Positions 1 to 22,074 of a stretch of DNA of 64,000 bases are shown one piece after another (position 1 is the first letter of the stretch; each line of letters begins with the position of its first letter). Made by a program: the position numbers and the translations under genes. A model generated the notes under the pieces. The model was given only the letters and a program-made list of their open reading frames with translations. It ran no database searches and was not told the origin of the DNA. The DNA is taken from the NCBI RefSeq assembly GCF_009914755.1, contig NC_060947.1. One strand, given 5' to 3'. Source of the DNA: the human T2T-CHM13v2.0 reference genome, Homo sapiens.

Positions 1-410
1 TGGTGTATATTTAACACATTTTCTTTATCCAATCGTTGGTTGATGAGCATTTAGGTTGGTTCCATATTTTTGCAATTGCAAATTGTGCTGCTATAAGCAT
101 GCATGTGCAAGTGTCTTTTTCATACATGACTTCGTTTCCTTTGGATAGATACCTGGTAGTGGGATTGCTAGATCAAATGATAGTTCTACTTTTAGTTGTT
201 TTCAAATTTTATTTAACTTTTATTTTAAGTTCAGGGTTACATGTGCAGGTTTGTTATATGGGTAAACTTGTGTCATGGGGGTTTGTTGTACAGATTATTT
301 TGTCACCCAGGTATGAAGTCTAGTACCCATTAGTTATTTTTCCTAATCTTCTCCCTCTTCCCCCCTCTACCCTCCCATAGAACCCAGTGTGTGTTGTTCC
401 CCTCTATGCG
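1..410 (-). mobile_element. L1 (LINE-1) 3' fragments, two abutting pieces
   Basis: Typical antisense L1 3' sequence (CATTTTCTTTATCCAATC...GGTTGGTTCCATATTTTTGCAATTG). A second L1 3'-terminus begins near 205 (TTTTATTTTAAGTTCAGGGTTACATGTGCAGG). Subfamily not determined. Confidence 0.8.
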
Positions 411-1517
411 GAGGGCCCTCTAAAATACTAGACTAAGGCAGTTACTAATTAATGGCAGAAATATAACTGTATATTTATATACTTATAGCTCATTTTAATA
501 TTATAAACTTAAATACTCTGAATCTGCAGACCATCTGCAGGGACTCTAGAGCTTGTGTCTAAGTGGAGGAACCAAAGAACACAATCCCTCCACATCCAAG
601 CTCCAGAGTACCTAGTTTCAACCCTCACAAGCTGGAGGTTGGAGCTACTATCAATATAGTGGAGAGACCAATTAGCTGAGGAGGAATCTGCTATGGAGTG
701 TAACCCAAGGAGACCTTAACTCTCCATCACAATGACCACAACTGAAAAGTCTGTGCTTTCTCTGAACTTGCCATCCTTAGTCATTGTCAGGTGTGACCTC
801 ATGCTTATTTAATGGGGTGGGTGGGTTTCTCAAACAGATGAAAAATGAAGTCCACTCCTCACCCCTCACTACTGGAAAAAATATTCAACAGGAGAGCTGA
901 CTTAGGAGATTTAAGACAAACTACCATAATTTATGTATTAACATTAATATCATTCTGCAGTTTCTGACGGTGTGATTTTTTGAAAATACTTTCATGAGAC
1001 ACCAAAGCTTTTGGTTTCTTTGAAGTAGGTTCCTTTCCCATGTAGGCTTTGCTATCAGGCTACCTTTTTTCCTACTTAACATGAGTTTTCTCTCTCATTT
1101 ACACACCCTGGTTTCTTACTTGAGACTTCCACATCATTGTCTGTGGCTGATTTTTAGGAGAGAACCAGGTTAGTGTCTGAACTCGGACCACATATATCAC
1201 ATCTGTCAAAATGGTCACTTTCAGCAAGGGAGCCATAGACCCTACAAAATCATTAGTCTTAAATAAGATCTAGATCAAAATTAACTGGGCCCGAGGAGGA
1301 GACATTTGCTTTGCTTAAACATTAATGAGCAACTCTTTCAGTTAAAACTTAGAAAAATAGAACAGAATTAGACACCAAGCTTTCCCCACAAAAACGCATG
1401 TCTGCCATAGGCTTAAGAATAACTAGGCCCAGCATCCATCCTTGCTTCCATCAGAGGAAGCAAGGATCACTGGCAGTTTCCTCTACTTGTTTCCACCTGT
1501 TTGCATGAAGATGGTAA

Positions 1518-1970
<453 letters not shown>

Positions 1971-2639
1971 TGATGCATCATGGAAGACTGAAAGGCAAAT
2001 CAAATGTGGCCTCTGACCTCCAGGAATTTGCAATCTAACAAATGAAATAGACACATCCAGGGCCAATTCCTGTTCCATTAAAGCCATGCTGTAGGATAAG
2101 TGCTATAATAGAGGCCCAGCTGAATCTAAAGCTGATATGGCTTAGAGTTTTAAAAGTTTCAGTGGCCTTCTCAGTAGATCCTGAAGAGGGGATTCTGGTT
2201 ACCAGATTATTCTCCAGATAGGACTGGCTATATAATTTCTGGGGTCCAGTGAAAAGTGAAAATGAAGAATCCTTTATTCAAGAATTTCAAAACAGTGACA
2301 GCACAACCTGAAACCAAGTATGGGGGCCTTCTGAGTGCAGGGCCCTATGGGACTGCTACACAGATCACACACTCATGAAATTGGCCCTGTCTCCAAATGT
2401 GGTCTATGAATAGGAGAAAGAAGTAAATTTTGAGCAGTCTAGAGAAGGAAATTACACATAGAGAATTTTCTTCCAAGTAGTTCACAAATAAATAAATAAA
2501 TAAAATCACTCCAACGAAAGCAAATAATTCAATCTTCTCCAAATTAGCAAGTGGTGTTGGAATCTAAAACATAACAAAGTTACAGTTTGCAAAGACATTT
2601 TCACAGATATTTCACAGCTACAAGGTAAGTACATTAATA

Positions 2640-2910
2640 ATAATAATTGTTGTAGTAGTAGCTGGCACTAATGTACAGCATTTATTAAGTGCCACGATTC
2701 TTCTAAGTCTATTACATATACTTTACTCATTTAATCCTCAAAACAGCCCTGGAGGGAAAATTCTATTATTTCTCTATCTTACTACAGATGAGGAAACTGA
2801 CCTTGGGGAGGTTGAGGAATTGCCCCTGGCCACACAGAAAATAAGTGGTGGAGGCAGGATTTGAATTCAGACAGTCTAGCTTCAGAGTCTGTGCTCTTAA
2901 CCACTATTTA
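2640..2910 (-). mobile_element. MIR SINE
   Basis: MIR core motifs ATTTAATCCTCA, ACAGATGAGGAAACTGA, GGATTTGAA..CAG, CTCTTAACCACT. Confidence 0.75.
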
Positions 2911-2934
2911 TGCTACCTCTGAAAAAATAAAGAT

Positions 2935-3848
2935 AGGAAGGAAAGGAAGGAGGGAGGGAGGGGGGTGGGAGGGAGGAAAGGAAGAAAGGAAGAGAGGGAA
3001 GAAGAAGGAAGGAAGGGAAGGAAAAAGGAAGGAGAGAAGGAAGAAAGGAAGGAAGGAGAGAAGGAAGAAAGGAAAGAAGGAGAGAAGGAAGAAAGGAAGG
3101 AAGGGAGGGAAGGAAAAAGGAAGAAGGGAAGGAAGGGAGGGAAGGAAAAAAGGAAGGAGGGAAGGAAGAAAGGAAGGAAGGAGGGAAAGAAGAAACGGAG
3201 GGAGGAAAGAAAGAAGGAAGGAAGAAATTAGGAAGGAGGGAAGGAAAAAAGGAAGGAAGAAGGAAGGAAGGGAAGTAGGAAAGGAAGAAGGAAAGCAAAA
3301 AGGAAGAAGGAAGGGAGGGAGGCAAGGAGGGAGAGAGGGAAGGAAGAAGGAAGGAAAGAGGGAGGGAAGAAGGAAGAAAGGAAAGAAGGAAGGAAGGAGG
3401 GAAAGAAGGAAGGAAGGGGGAAGGAGGGAAGGTAGGAAGGGAAAGAAGAAAGGAAGGAGGGAAGGAAGAAAGGAAGGTAGGAAAGAAGGAAGGAGGAAGT
3501 AAGGAAGGAAAGAAGGAAGAGGAAAGGAAGGAAGAAAGGAAGGAAAGAGGAAGGAAGGAAGAAGGAGGGAAGGAAGGAGGGAAGGAAGAAAGGATGGAGG
3601 GAAGGAAGAAGGAATGGAAGAAGAAAGGAAGGAAGAAAAAAGGAAAGAAGGAGGGAGGGAAGGAAGGAAGGGAAGGAAGAAGGGAGGAAGGAAGGAGGGA
3701 AGAAAAGGAAAGAGGGAAGGAAGGAAAGAAGGAAGAAATAAGGAGAAGAAAGGAAGGAATAATAAGGAGAAGGAAGGAATAATGAGAAGGAAGGAGGAAG
3801 GGAAAGAAGGAATGAAGGAGGAAGGAGGGAAGGAAGGAAGGAAGGAAG
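2935..3848 (+). repeat. ~910-bp polypurine (AAGG/GGAA/GGGA)n simple repeat
   Basis: Almost exclusively A/G on the + strand. It explains the Arg/Lys/Glu/Gly and Pro/Ser/Phe/Leu pseudo-ORFs in the ORF track. Confidence 0.98.
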
Positions 3849-3956
3849 TTATCCCAGTATATTATTTTATTAATATCATAGATTTGGCCTAACCAGTATA
3901 CACTGTGTTGTGTGCACGTTTTTAATTTTTTCTTTTTTTGCATTTCATGTTCATAG

Positions 3957-4019
3957 TTTAACAGCACCCGTTCGCCCTCCCCCACTGAATGTTGCCACAT
4001 GACCCCGTGGAGTAGAAAG
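3957..4019 (+). CDS. NHS: NHS 63-nt alternatively spliced cassette exon (FNSTRSPSPTECCHMTPWSRK)
   Basis: Polypyrimidine tract plus TAG acceptor ending at 3956, 21 open codons, AAG|GTATTG donor. Symmetric phase 0, joining in frame to SHPPED at 6054. The peptide is recognised from the long NHS isoform. Confidence 0.85.
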
Positions 4020-4619
4020 GTATTGGTTCTGAGAACATTCCTTCACGGCCCTATCCCACTCTGTCCAGACACTCTTCCTTTTTTCCCTCTTTTAACTTTA
4101 TGGAAAACTTTCTTGTTTCTAACTAACGGTTTTTCTTTAAAATCAATTTAAAAAGTGGTATTTTCCTAACTTGAATTAAATAGAATATAACTTAGACAGT
4201 CATGCCATTTGCCTTTTTCCCCCATTCACTGCCCCCCACTCTGCAAACTGCATCACCTAACACTACTCTTGGACTTTGTAGTCTGGCAGAGGAACCTTTT
4301 CCTATATTTAATTTATCAGAACTGTAAATGTTCAGCTTCTCAAATCAAAAAGGAGAACAAGACAAAAGGATTCTCTGGCAGCCAATCGTCCTGTCACCAT
4401 TAAATAAAAAGTGCTTTTGGCTGCTGGTCAGAGCTTGTAGTCAGGTCACTATCCTGTCGACACTTTGCAGTCCATTGTTATTCAAGGAAGGAATCGCCTA
4501 CAAAATGAAGCCTCTGGTGGTGGGGGGTTTCTCTTTATTGCTCATTCTCTCTCTTTGTCTCCCTCTTTCTCTCTCTCTCTCTCAATCAGTTTCTCTCTCT
4601 CTCTCTCTCTGTATGCACC

Positions 4620-4836
4620 AAACTTTTTTTCTTTTTGGAAGTTACCTAGGAAACAAAGTCTTTTGTTCTCGAACTTTATTTGAGCTATTCGCTTCGCTGG
4701 GAATCTGCACAAAAGCTGAAGAGAGAAAGAAGGTTGCAATATTTTACTAAAACGTTCATGACGAACATATTTTTCCCAAGGGGGGAGTCATATCCTGTTG
4801 GGTGTGTTGGGGGGATTTGCAGAAACCTCTGACAAG
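4620..4836 (+). other. NHS: Candidate NHS internal non-coding first exon (short isoform); 5' end uncertain
   Basis: Perfect donor AAG|GTAAGT at 4836/4837, with an upstream CCAAT (4382) and a (CT)n tract. Splicing to 6054 makes ATG 6087 the first in-frame Met, giving 4008 nt = 1335 aa, the size I recall for the short NHS-B isoform. Confidence 0.5.
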
Positions 4837-6023
4837 GTAAGTAAATGCTGGGGGTGAGTTTAGACAAGTGGCATTGGAATCAGCTCTTTAAGGGGACTTG
4901 AGAACAGTTCATTTGACAATAGGTGAAATCCTCTGAGTCAACAGGGCATGATATTTCCAAATGTAAAGATGGGAAAATTTTTTTTGATGATCCTAATTTT
5001 AGGGCAGAATATTATTAAAGTCTTACTGGGATAACAGCAAAAGATATTTATTTTATACAGATACCCACCTTCCTCCAAATTGTGTAAAAAATAAATAAAA
5101 CTAGGTTGAGTGGTGAAAACTGAGTCTTTTAATCATCTAGTTTAGAAACCCAACCCTGAAATCAAAACTGGGATGGAGCTTTTTAAATAATCTGGGCTAG
5201 GAGCCCAACCCTGAAATAAAAGTTAGACAATATTGATATTTATCAAAAGTTTGGATGGAGAATTTTCCAATGTCATGTAGAAATCAAAGCCCCTAACTAT
5301 ACAGCTGGAGGAAAAGTCTCGCACCACAAAGCTGAAAAGAAAGTAAACTAGGACTCTTTCACCTTTCCTAATTTGAAAAATAAACTCACTGGAATATTTC
5401 CCCCCAGTAACAGCATGTGTATTTTCCGCTATCGTTGGTAGGGGGAAATTCTTCACTTTTGCTTTTCCATGTGCATACAAGTGTTCATGAAACTGAATTT
5501 TTAAAATGTTATTAAAAAATGCCGTAGTCCTGGAGTGAAATTAACTCCTCATGTTTTAATGTGGCTTCTCAGATTAGGTTGGCTTGTCCTTCAGGTGATG
5601 GGTTCTGGAATGTCTCCTGACTCCAGGTTTTCTGAACCTTTTCATAGGTGTCTAACTCATCTTCTTCCTTTGATCCTAGTCATCTAGAGATCTCAAAACT
5701 TTTGATAGAAATTTATGGTGAGATAGCTTGAAAGTGGATCTGTCTTTCATTGGAGTAAAGACTCAATTTTCTTTGGTGTAAAGTTTGGGGATTTCTGGCT
5801 ACCTTGTCTCTCCTGTTAATTCCATTTAACCTGAGAAGCATGTTTATTTAGCCCATTTCTTTCCTTTTGTGTTGCTTGACTATTGAAATAATACTTGTAA
5901 TTAGTTGTGCTTACTAACTATTTCTAGGAATTCTTCCTTTGTCCTAAGGGCCTATTTCTGACCTCATTTTTTCTTCTCTAAACTAGGAAATTCCTTATAT
6001 GTGTGCTTATGTATAAACTATGA

Positions 6024-6266
<243 letters not shown>

Positions 6267-8337
6267 TAGGGGCAGTCGGGTCAGAATATTCTGTGTATTA
6301 AATATGTTCAAAATCTGTGCTGCTAAGAATACCATTTTGTAAACAAGTAATGCCTTTTTGTCATCAAAATACAAACCCAGAGGATGTTCGATATGCTTTT
6401 GTCAGGTTTTGAACATCAATTTACATGTTTTCCGCGGGCCACTTGTTATGTAAATTATGGACAGTTTCTTTTTGAAAAAAATCACCAAATAGCTCTTTGG
6501 CCATAGCTGACTGAAATAATGGAGAAAGCGGCAGTGATTAATCATATGATAATGATGTGTGGCACTGCAAGAAAGAAAACAGCAAACCCAGGCTTCTCAA
6601 ACTGCAAGTAATGGTCCTGTAGGCCAACTAGAAAATCTGTTTTCATGCTTCCTTGGATGAAGGTAGGCTTTTTAAAAAAGACTGTTAAGACTTCTGTATT
6701 GATTTGGGGGATTTTTGACCTAAAAATATATGGATACAGAGATGAAGGCTGAATTCTATTTTAAAACCAGCAAGGCTGTCTTCCTTTCACTCTCTTTTTT
6801 TCTCCTCCTGTGTACTGAGAGTGTGAATATTAGTCTAGATAGAATGGAAGCATAGCCAGACCTTTCTGAAAAATTTATTGGCAGCAGTTATAAATTCCAC
6901 AATTGGATCTAGTAATCTTAGTCGTAAGTAAAATAATGTTATAAAATATTCTAACTTTCAAAGACATAAATGGTCTATCCATTGGGCTTTCTTACATCTC
7001 TAATAGTTACATTTTAACTTATTTGTATATTGAAAATTTCAAAACAGCCATGTTATGACTGATTTTCATATTGGTACCATGTGACTAAAGATTGCATGTC
7101 ACTTGAGATGCATGTTGCACACAGCTATCATTAACCCCACTCAGATTTCTCTCAAATAAAGTGGGGAAGCAAATGGACCAGATATCTGGGACAGATATTA
7201 TTTTTTTCCTGAGAAAAAAGGAGTCCTAGTTCATGGGTCTGTGGTGAGTTGGGAGTTAATTTTCCTGATGACCTATTCAACTTGTAAGATAAATTATTCT
7301 AAAGATGTGCCCCTATCTGATCTCCACAATCTAAATGGGATGTATTAGGGGAGTTCAGCTGCCAAAATGGATCATTTTGGCACCCTCTTAAGCTAATTTT
7401 CATTTCTGGAAACCTCTGATTATTAGCAGCACGTGCTTTTTTCATGGCACTGTAAGTAAAATCTCATTTTCAAATTTAGTGCTATGATTATGGGCCATTA
7501 TTTTATGATTGAGGGAAAGGGACACTTTTTCCTTCTGCTTTATTTCAGGAACTCTCTGATTAAAACTTAGATCAGATGTTGATTTCAAGAGCTTTAATGA
7601 GAACATTGTTAATGATGTCCACATAACACAAAATGTCTGCGTCTATATATAATGCATTCTATAATTACTAAGATCAGAATGAAGGATTTTAATTTTGGGT
7701 TGGAACTAAGAAAAATTCCATTAGTAAGAATTCTCCAATAATATTGTAATTATTCATCATATGATATCTCATACAGATTTTTCAAAGTGAGTTCTAGAAA
7801 CTGTTGGCACTGTGACGTTAAACAGAACTCAACTCTTTCATTATACAGCTGAACCAAGACTTGACACACCACCCAGCCCCATGCTTAACAATCAGGATAA
7901 ATGATGAGGTGACCAAATTCCAAAGCACGGCATTGTGACTTTCTGAGGCAAAGCTCACTTTGAAAAATCCATGGTGCAGACAAGAGTTTGAGTTCCTCAC
8001 CTCCCCTCTCATCATTCTAGTTGTGATGGGACTGCATGTAATGTTGATAATGTGATTATGGAGAGAGAAACTAACAAGCACCATGGTTTGCCCTCTGTGT
8101 TTACAAAAACAAACCTATGGGATAAAGACTGGCAATTCCAGCTTTACAGTTGGTATAGAAGGTGGATCCATTTAAGTGCAGAACTGGGGACTGCCTTGTA
8201 TGTTTATTTTATATTGAAAAGACATCTCATGCTAAACCAGAAAGCATTCAGTTTAGTAAATAGAAGAAAGTAGACAGAGTTGGGTGATGATTTAAAAAAA
8301 CAAATCCTTAGACTGTTGAGTTTCCTCACAGCAAAAG

Positions 8338-8339
<2 letters not shown>

Positions 8340-8396
<57 letters not shown>

Positions 8397-8403
8397 CGCG
8401 CGC
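8340..8403 (+). repeat. (GT)24(GC)8 compound microsatellite
   Basis: Read directly from the sequence. Confidence 0.97.
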
Positions 8404-8776
8404 ATGGGGAATGCAAGAAGGTTTGGACCATAAGAGATGGAGGGAACAAAACCTCACAAAGACGGCTTTTAATGAAGAAATGGGTCAGGATATGTTAGCT
8501 GAGCTAATTCAGGTTATCATCCTGGCTGCTGATTTACTATGCAAAGGTATCAGCTTCAGAGAGCCCAGAAATAGATCAGTAAATAGTAGTAACTAAAGGT
8601 TATAAATCCTTAAGGAGCCATTTCTATGTGAGAGGGATTTTTTGGATGTCTTTTTCTCTTCTCTTTCTTTTGATTTTTCTTCTTTGCTTGTTTTTGTTGG
8701 CAGTGCAAACTGTTGTGGAGAGCTGCATTTAGAAGTAAAGCTTAATGTACTGCAGCATAATTTAAATAAGAGCTGA

Positions 8777-9073
<297 letters not shown>

Positions 9074-9821
9074 TAACATTCCTCCGCCTAGTACAGATGA
9101 TAGGGAGATGAAATAGAAAAATGATTAAACATTTTAACTTGTAGAGGTTTTAAAATGGTGTCTATTTGTTTTGTATTCAGCAAGCCAGGTGGTATTACTT
9201 TTTAACTCTTTATTCTTGACTGTGAAGATTTGACCTTATAGATTTAGGCATATACATTCAGGTCTTACGGCTGAAATGTAATACTTAGCTGATTTTTGAA
9301 AGTTTTATTAAGGTAGAAATTGTGAATAAAAAGTAGCAGGAGTCAATGAAAGTTTTCTTTTTGGAAAATTGTAACTTAATTTAAGAGAGATATACTTTCA
9401 TGTCATTAATTATTTTAAAAGGTAAATTCCAGGCATATGCAATGAAATATTGAATATTGATAATATGATACCTTTGGTGACAATGTTTCTGTTTAGTGGA
9501 TTTAAAATATCTCTGCCTATGATTTTTAAAAAATTATTAGGGTATCATCTCTTGCAAATAAGATTTTTATTTCTAATAATGAGACCTATGATTTTTATTT
9601 CATCATGTTTATATTACAAAATAAAAATGAAGAGTAGTGGCCAAAAAGATAAAATGTACTTTAGTTTTTAAAAGTAGTCACTTATTGTGGCAAATTAACG
9701 TGATAGTGAAGAGAGGGATAATTCACAAAAGACATAAAAGCATATCTTCTCTTGGTATGTATATATACATATATGAGGGGGACGTGTATATACACCCTAA
9801 AGCATTTTAACTCTCACCTAA

Positions 9822-12968
<3,147 letters not shown>

Positions 12969-13264
12969 TAAAGGAAATGTGTCTCATGGCACTTCCTGGA
13001 ATTTTTTCTTATGTTCCCAATAATACGGTACAGCCCTGGGTGTTGGTTTCCCTCCACTATTTCTTTGCACTTATTAAAACAATTGAGATAAAAGCTTTTG
13101 TTACTGGGTGAGTAAGCTTTGACAGGTATCTCTCTCATTTTTAAAAAATGGCAGCAAGGTAATTTCTGTTTGTTTGTTTGTTTGTTTGTTTGTTCCCTGA
13201 GTCAGTGAAGTACAGTAGCGTGCTGGGTAACTTCCTCTTAAAGATTCTTCTGTTCTTATTTTAA

Positions 13265-13393
<129 letters not shown>

Positions 13394-13819
13394 TGAGGCA
13401 ACATTACCAAGTCCCCCAAAACAAAAGGTACAACAAAGGTTTTGCCCCTTCAGGTACTTCTCACAAATGCAAATACAGGAAAGCTTTTTGTAATTGTAAT
13501 ACATTCAGCAAAAACAAAAGCAAGCAAAGAATAATTTTTCCAAATCAAGTTGATAGACTGATATGCAAGTTGGGAAATAGGATCTTTATATAGAGTTTGA
13601 TAGACCTCGATTGAGAGACTTTTGTAAGAGTGGCTTTATTTTTCCCCAGGAAAAGACATTCTGGAACAAGTTTTTATGTGAAAACAATCTGTGGTTAAGT
13701 GACTTGGAGTGAAAGCTCAAACTCTAGTGTAATCTCTGACTTTTGAATACTTTCTTGAACCTAAAAAATATGATCAAAGCTGTAGTCATACACCAGCAGA
13801 GACAAACAGAAGTTGATTC

Positions 13820-13980
13820 ACCATGGATGCACCAAAATCTCAGAAATCACCACTAAAGAACTTATTCATGTAACCAAATACCACCTCTTCCCCCAAAACT
13901 TATTGAAATAAAAAATAAAAAACTCACATTGTACCCTATAACTATATACAATTATTTGTCAGCTTAAAATAAAATAAAAC
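13820..13980 (+). mobile_element. L1 3'-terminal fragments
   Basis: CACCAAAATCTCAGAAATCACCACTAAAGAACTTATTCATGTAACCAAA...AATAAAAAATAAAA resembles an old L1P/L1M 3' end. Confidence 0.65.
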
Positions 13981-15833
13981 TTAGAGAACACACACACACA
14001 CAAAGTTGATCACAAAACAGTCTCAAGTTTGAGAAAAGACAATACGTGTTCCTGTCCATTTTATAGCTCAGAACAAGTAATAATTTCTCTGTTTTTCTTT
14101 CTTCTTAGAACTTAAATTTCTTTAATAGTACTGGCCTTCATCCCCAAAATTAATGCCCATATTCCATGAATACAGGTCTTTTGGGTTGCTTTTCCAGGAC
14201 AGTGTTGTGTCCATGCTGCAAAGGCATATTTCCTCATCTGCCCCCATGAGCCCTTGTGATCCATGGTCCATATTTGCAAAAATTATTCCTTATAGCTAAT
14301 GACCAAAGAACAGAACAGGAACTAGCCCTTGGACACCTAATCTACATATAACTGAGCTAGCCAATCATGATTTGCCATGCCTCCTCCTTTCACAAACACA
14401 ACTGTCTTCTTAGACCTCGGGAACCTAGATGGAACTCCCAAGAGATACAACTTGGGGATTGTCTTTTCTACCTCATAAAGTTATCATTTTTGAAACAAAT
14501 TCATCGTAAGCAGCTTACAATCTTTTTCTCCTGGAATTCTACTTTTTATAGGAATTTCTGTTTTCTGTTGATGTGGTTCTCTCATAAAGAAGGAGTACTG
14601 CTGTTCAACAATTGTTTTAAAAGGAGCCAATCAGAAACACCTTCTATGTATACCTTAGCAGGCATACTTCTCTACTCAGAGGGTGAAGAACCATTAGTTT
14701 CTTTTCCTTCACCCCTGTGCCTAGTCTAAGCTCTGATTATATTTCCCTCACCCCCACAGTTTATCTTCAATCCCAGGAAAAATTACTAAACTGCTATGTA
14801 AGTTAAAAAGTTACTCCCAAAGGACCAAATGCTAGTGTATGGAATAGTGGACAGGACGTAAATAGTGGGGTCAGAAAGACCTGGATTTGAATCCCAACTC
14901 TGCCACTTCCTATGCAGTCTTGAGTAAGTTAAAACCTCTGGACCTACTCCCTTATTGCACATGGGAATGCCTATAGCTCACGTATTTGATTTTGATGATA
15001 ACATTTTTTGTGTTTAGAATATGGTAGGTGCTAAAAGCCATTGTTAGTTTGAAAGCCCTAACTTAGTGGAGTGCCAGACACTGCCATATACAAGATATCA
15101 ACCACAGAGGTTTCTGTGAACCAAAATCAAGCATATCTACACTTGTGAAGTTCACATTTTCTCTACCATATGAATCTTTAAGTTGATGAAAGTGCATGCT
15201 GCCTATCAATGAACTGAGTCATACTGAAGATCCACCAAATTTATGCCTGCTGATTTACCAAAGAAAATCAATAATATGATGATGGGAGTCAAGGTTCAAT
15301 AGATGTATTGAGTTTGGTAATCTTAGACTTGCATTTGTGCAGGGTTTACTTATTTATCTATTTACTTGTTTATTTACATCACAGCAAAAAGAATTATTTT
15401 GTTTTCTTGCGAGCTTACAGTATACAAAGCTTTAAGAGCTCCAGAGATGGTCTGGGATTTCAATTCCCCACAGAGAGCTGGCTTACTGCTTAATATGCTC
15501 TTGATGCTCTTAGGAAGCTATAGGAAATGATACTTGCAGCCCAAGATGAATTGACTTAAAACGTCATTTAATTATGTTTTTATATGGAGGGATTTTAAAA
15601 GGTAGAATAGTATAATGTCTGCTGACATATCCATCATCCAGGATTATCAACTGTCAAACTAGGGCCAATCCTGTCCCACCCACACCTCCATCCACTTGCT
15701 TTCTCTGGTATTATTTGGAAGCCAATCCCAGACATCAGATCATTTCATCTGTATTGCAGAGACAGAGTTAATAAGAAAAAGTTATAGTCTTTCACCCCCT
15801 GGAACCAGAAGTATAGTTTAGTTAGCAGTATAG

Positions 15834-16153
<320 letters not shown>

Positions 16154-16441
16154 GTTAGCAGTATAGTTTCTTAAACTTTTACAAAGTATCCTCTAGAACC
16201 TCTAGCCTCCACATTAGCCATTATCTGAAATGATCATCTCTAGAACCTAATTTGTGTCCTGGTTATCAGAGAATTTCTCTCAGACTGTGGGTGCTACAAG
16301 GACAAGGAACATATCTTACTTTTCATCTCTATAGCCCTAATGCTTAGTATCCCATCATATAGGACAGGCTCAAAATGCACTTTAGACAGATGTGTGAATG
16401 CGACTGAATACTTCAGTTTCATAAAAACGTGAACTGAGTGA

Positions 16442-20958
<4,517 letters not shown>

Positions 20959-21822
20959 CATATACTATATCTATAATGGGCTTTAATCTAGCTTCGTATT
21001 TGAGAGGAAAAATGATACATTTCCAACGTCCAGTATACTTTCTTTGTAGCTCCTCTCTGGGCCAAGAAAAGATGTATAGCTTTACTTTGAAATATCTGCC
21101 TGCTTTGCTTCTGATAATTACTCAGACTGTGTCTCCTTCCCAAGATGAGCAGCCTCGATATAAGTATGTAAGACTATATGCCACTAGATGATGTCACATA
21201 GCCTTTATTACAATAGCAAAATTCTATGCCAGGTACTGTTCTAAGTGCTTTGCATACATTAACTCATGTAGTCCCCATATTATACCCATTTTACAGATGG
21301 GGAAACCGAAGCACAAAGCGGTTACTTGGCTTGCCTAAGGCCATAGGAGGACTGTGTTGGAGCTGGGGGTCCAATCCAGTAAATCTGCCTTCAAGGTCTG
21401 CGTTAGTTCCCCAGTCCAACTTGTGGGTGCTGGAGACTGGAAATATCTTGCCCGCCCCCCACCCTGGCCCCCCTCGCCCTTCCTACCAGACCTGGCTCAG
21501 GGCAACTGCTAAGGCCCCGCCCCTCTCCTCATTCCAAGTCAATCACTGGCGTGCGTCCAGGAAACCCAGTTTACGACGACGTCTCTGGTGCGTCACAGAG
21601 CGCGGGGGAGGGGCGGGATCACATTAAAAAAAAAAAAAAGCTTCGGACACCCCAACAACGAAGGGGGGACACCACGTCCCTAACTACAACGCCACTAGAA
21701 GGGTTGCGCATGCGCGCCAGCCTCCTGCGCAGCCGCAGAAACCACTCAGCGCGCGAGTCTCTGAAAGGCCTAACGTCCATTTTCAATCCTGCGGGTCTTG
21801 CGAAGGAAAACCTGAGGTAAGA

Positions 21823-21948
21823 GGCCCCGCCCCACAGCCATCTCCTCAGCAAATTCCCGCCCTCGGCCCCGCCCCACAGCTATCTCCTCAGCAAATTCCC
21901 GCCCTCGGCCCCGCCCCACAGCCATCTCCTTAGCAAATTCCCGCCCTC
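21823..21948 (+). repeat. 3 x 42-bp tandem repeat in SCML1 promoter
   Basis: GGCCCCGCCCCACAGCCATCTCCTCAGCAAATTCCCGCCCTC starting at 21823, 21865 and 21907. The second and third copies each differ by one substitution. Confidence 0.97.
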
Positions 21949-22074
21949 ACCCAAGGACTGGGAGAGCACCCGCGGATTGGCCGATCAACGGTGACGCCTG
22001 TCAGTGGCCAGACTCCGATTGGTCAGCGGGTAGTCCCGCCCCCCCCCCCCCCCCCCCCAACCGCGAGTGTGGGA

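Noticed and set aside
2861-4000. 213-aa and 367-aa ORFs
   Set aside because: They are translations of the (AAGG)n tract, which lacks stop codons by composition.
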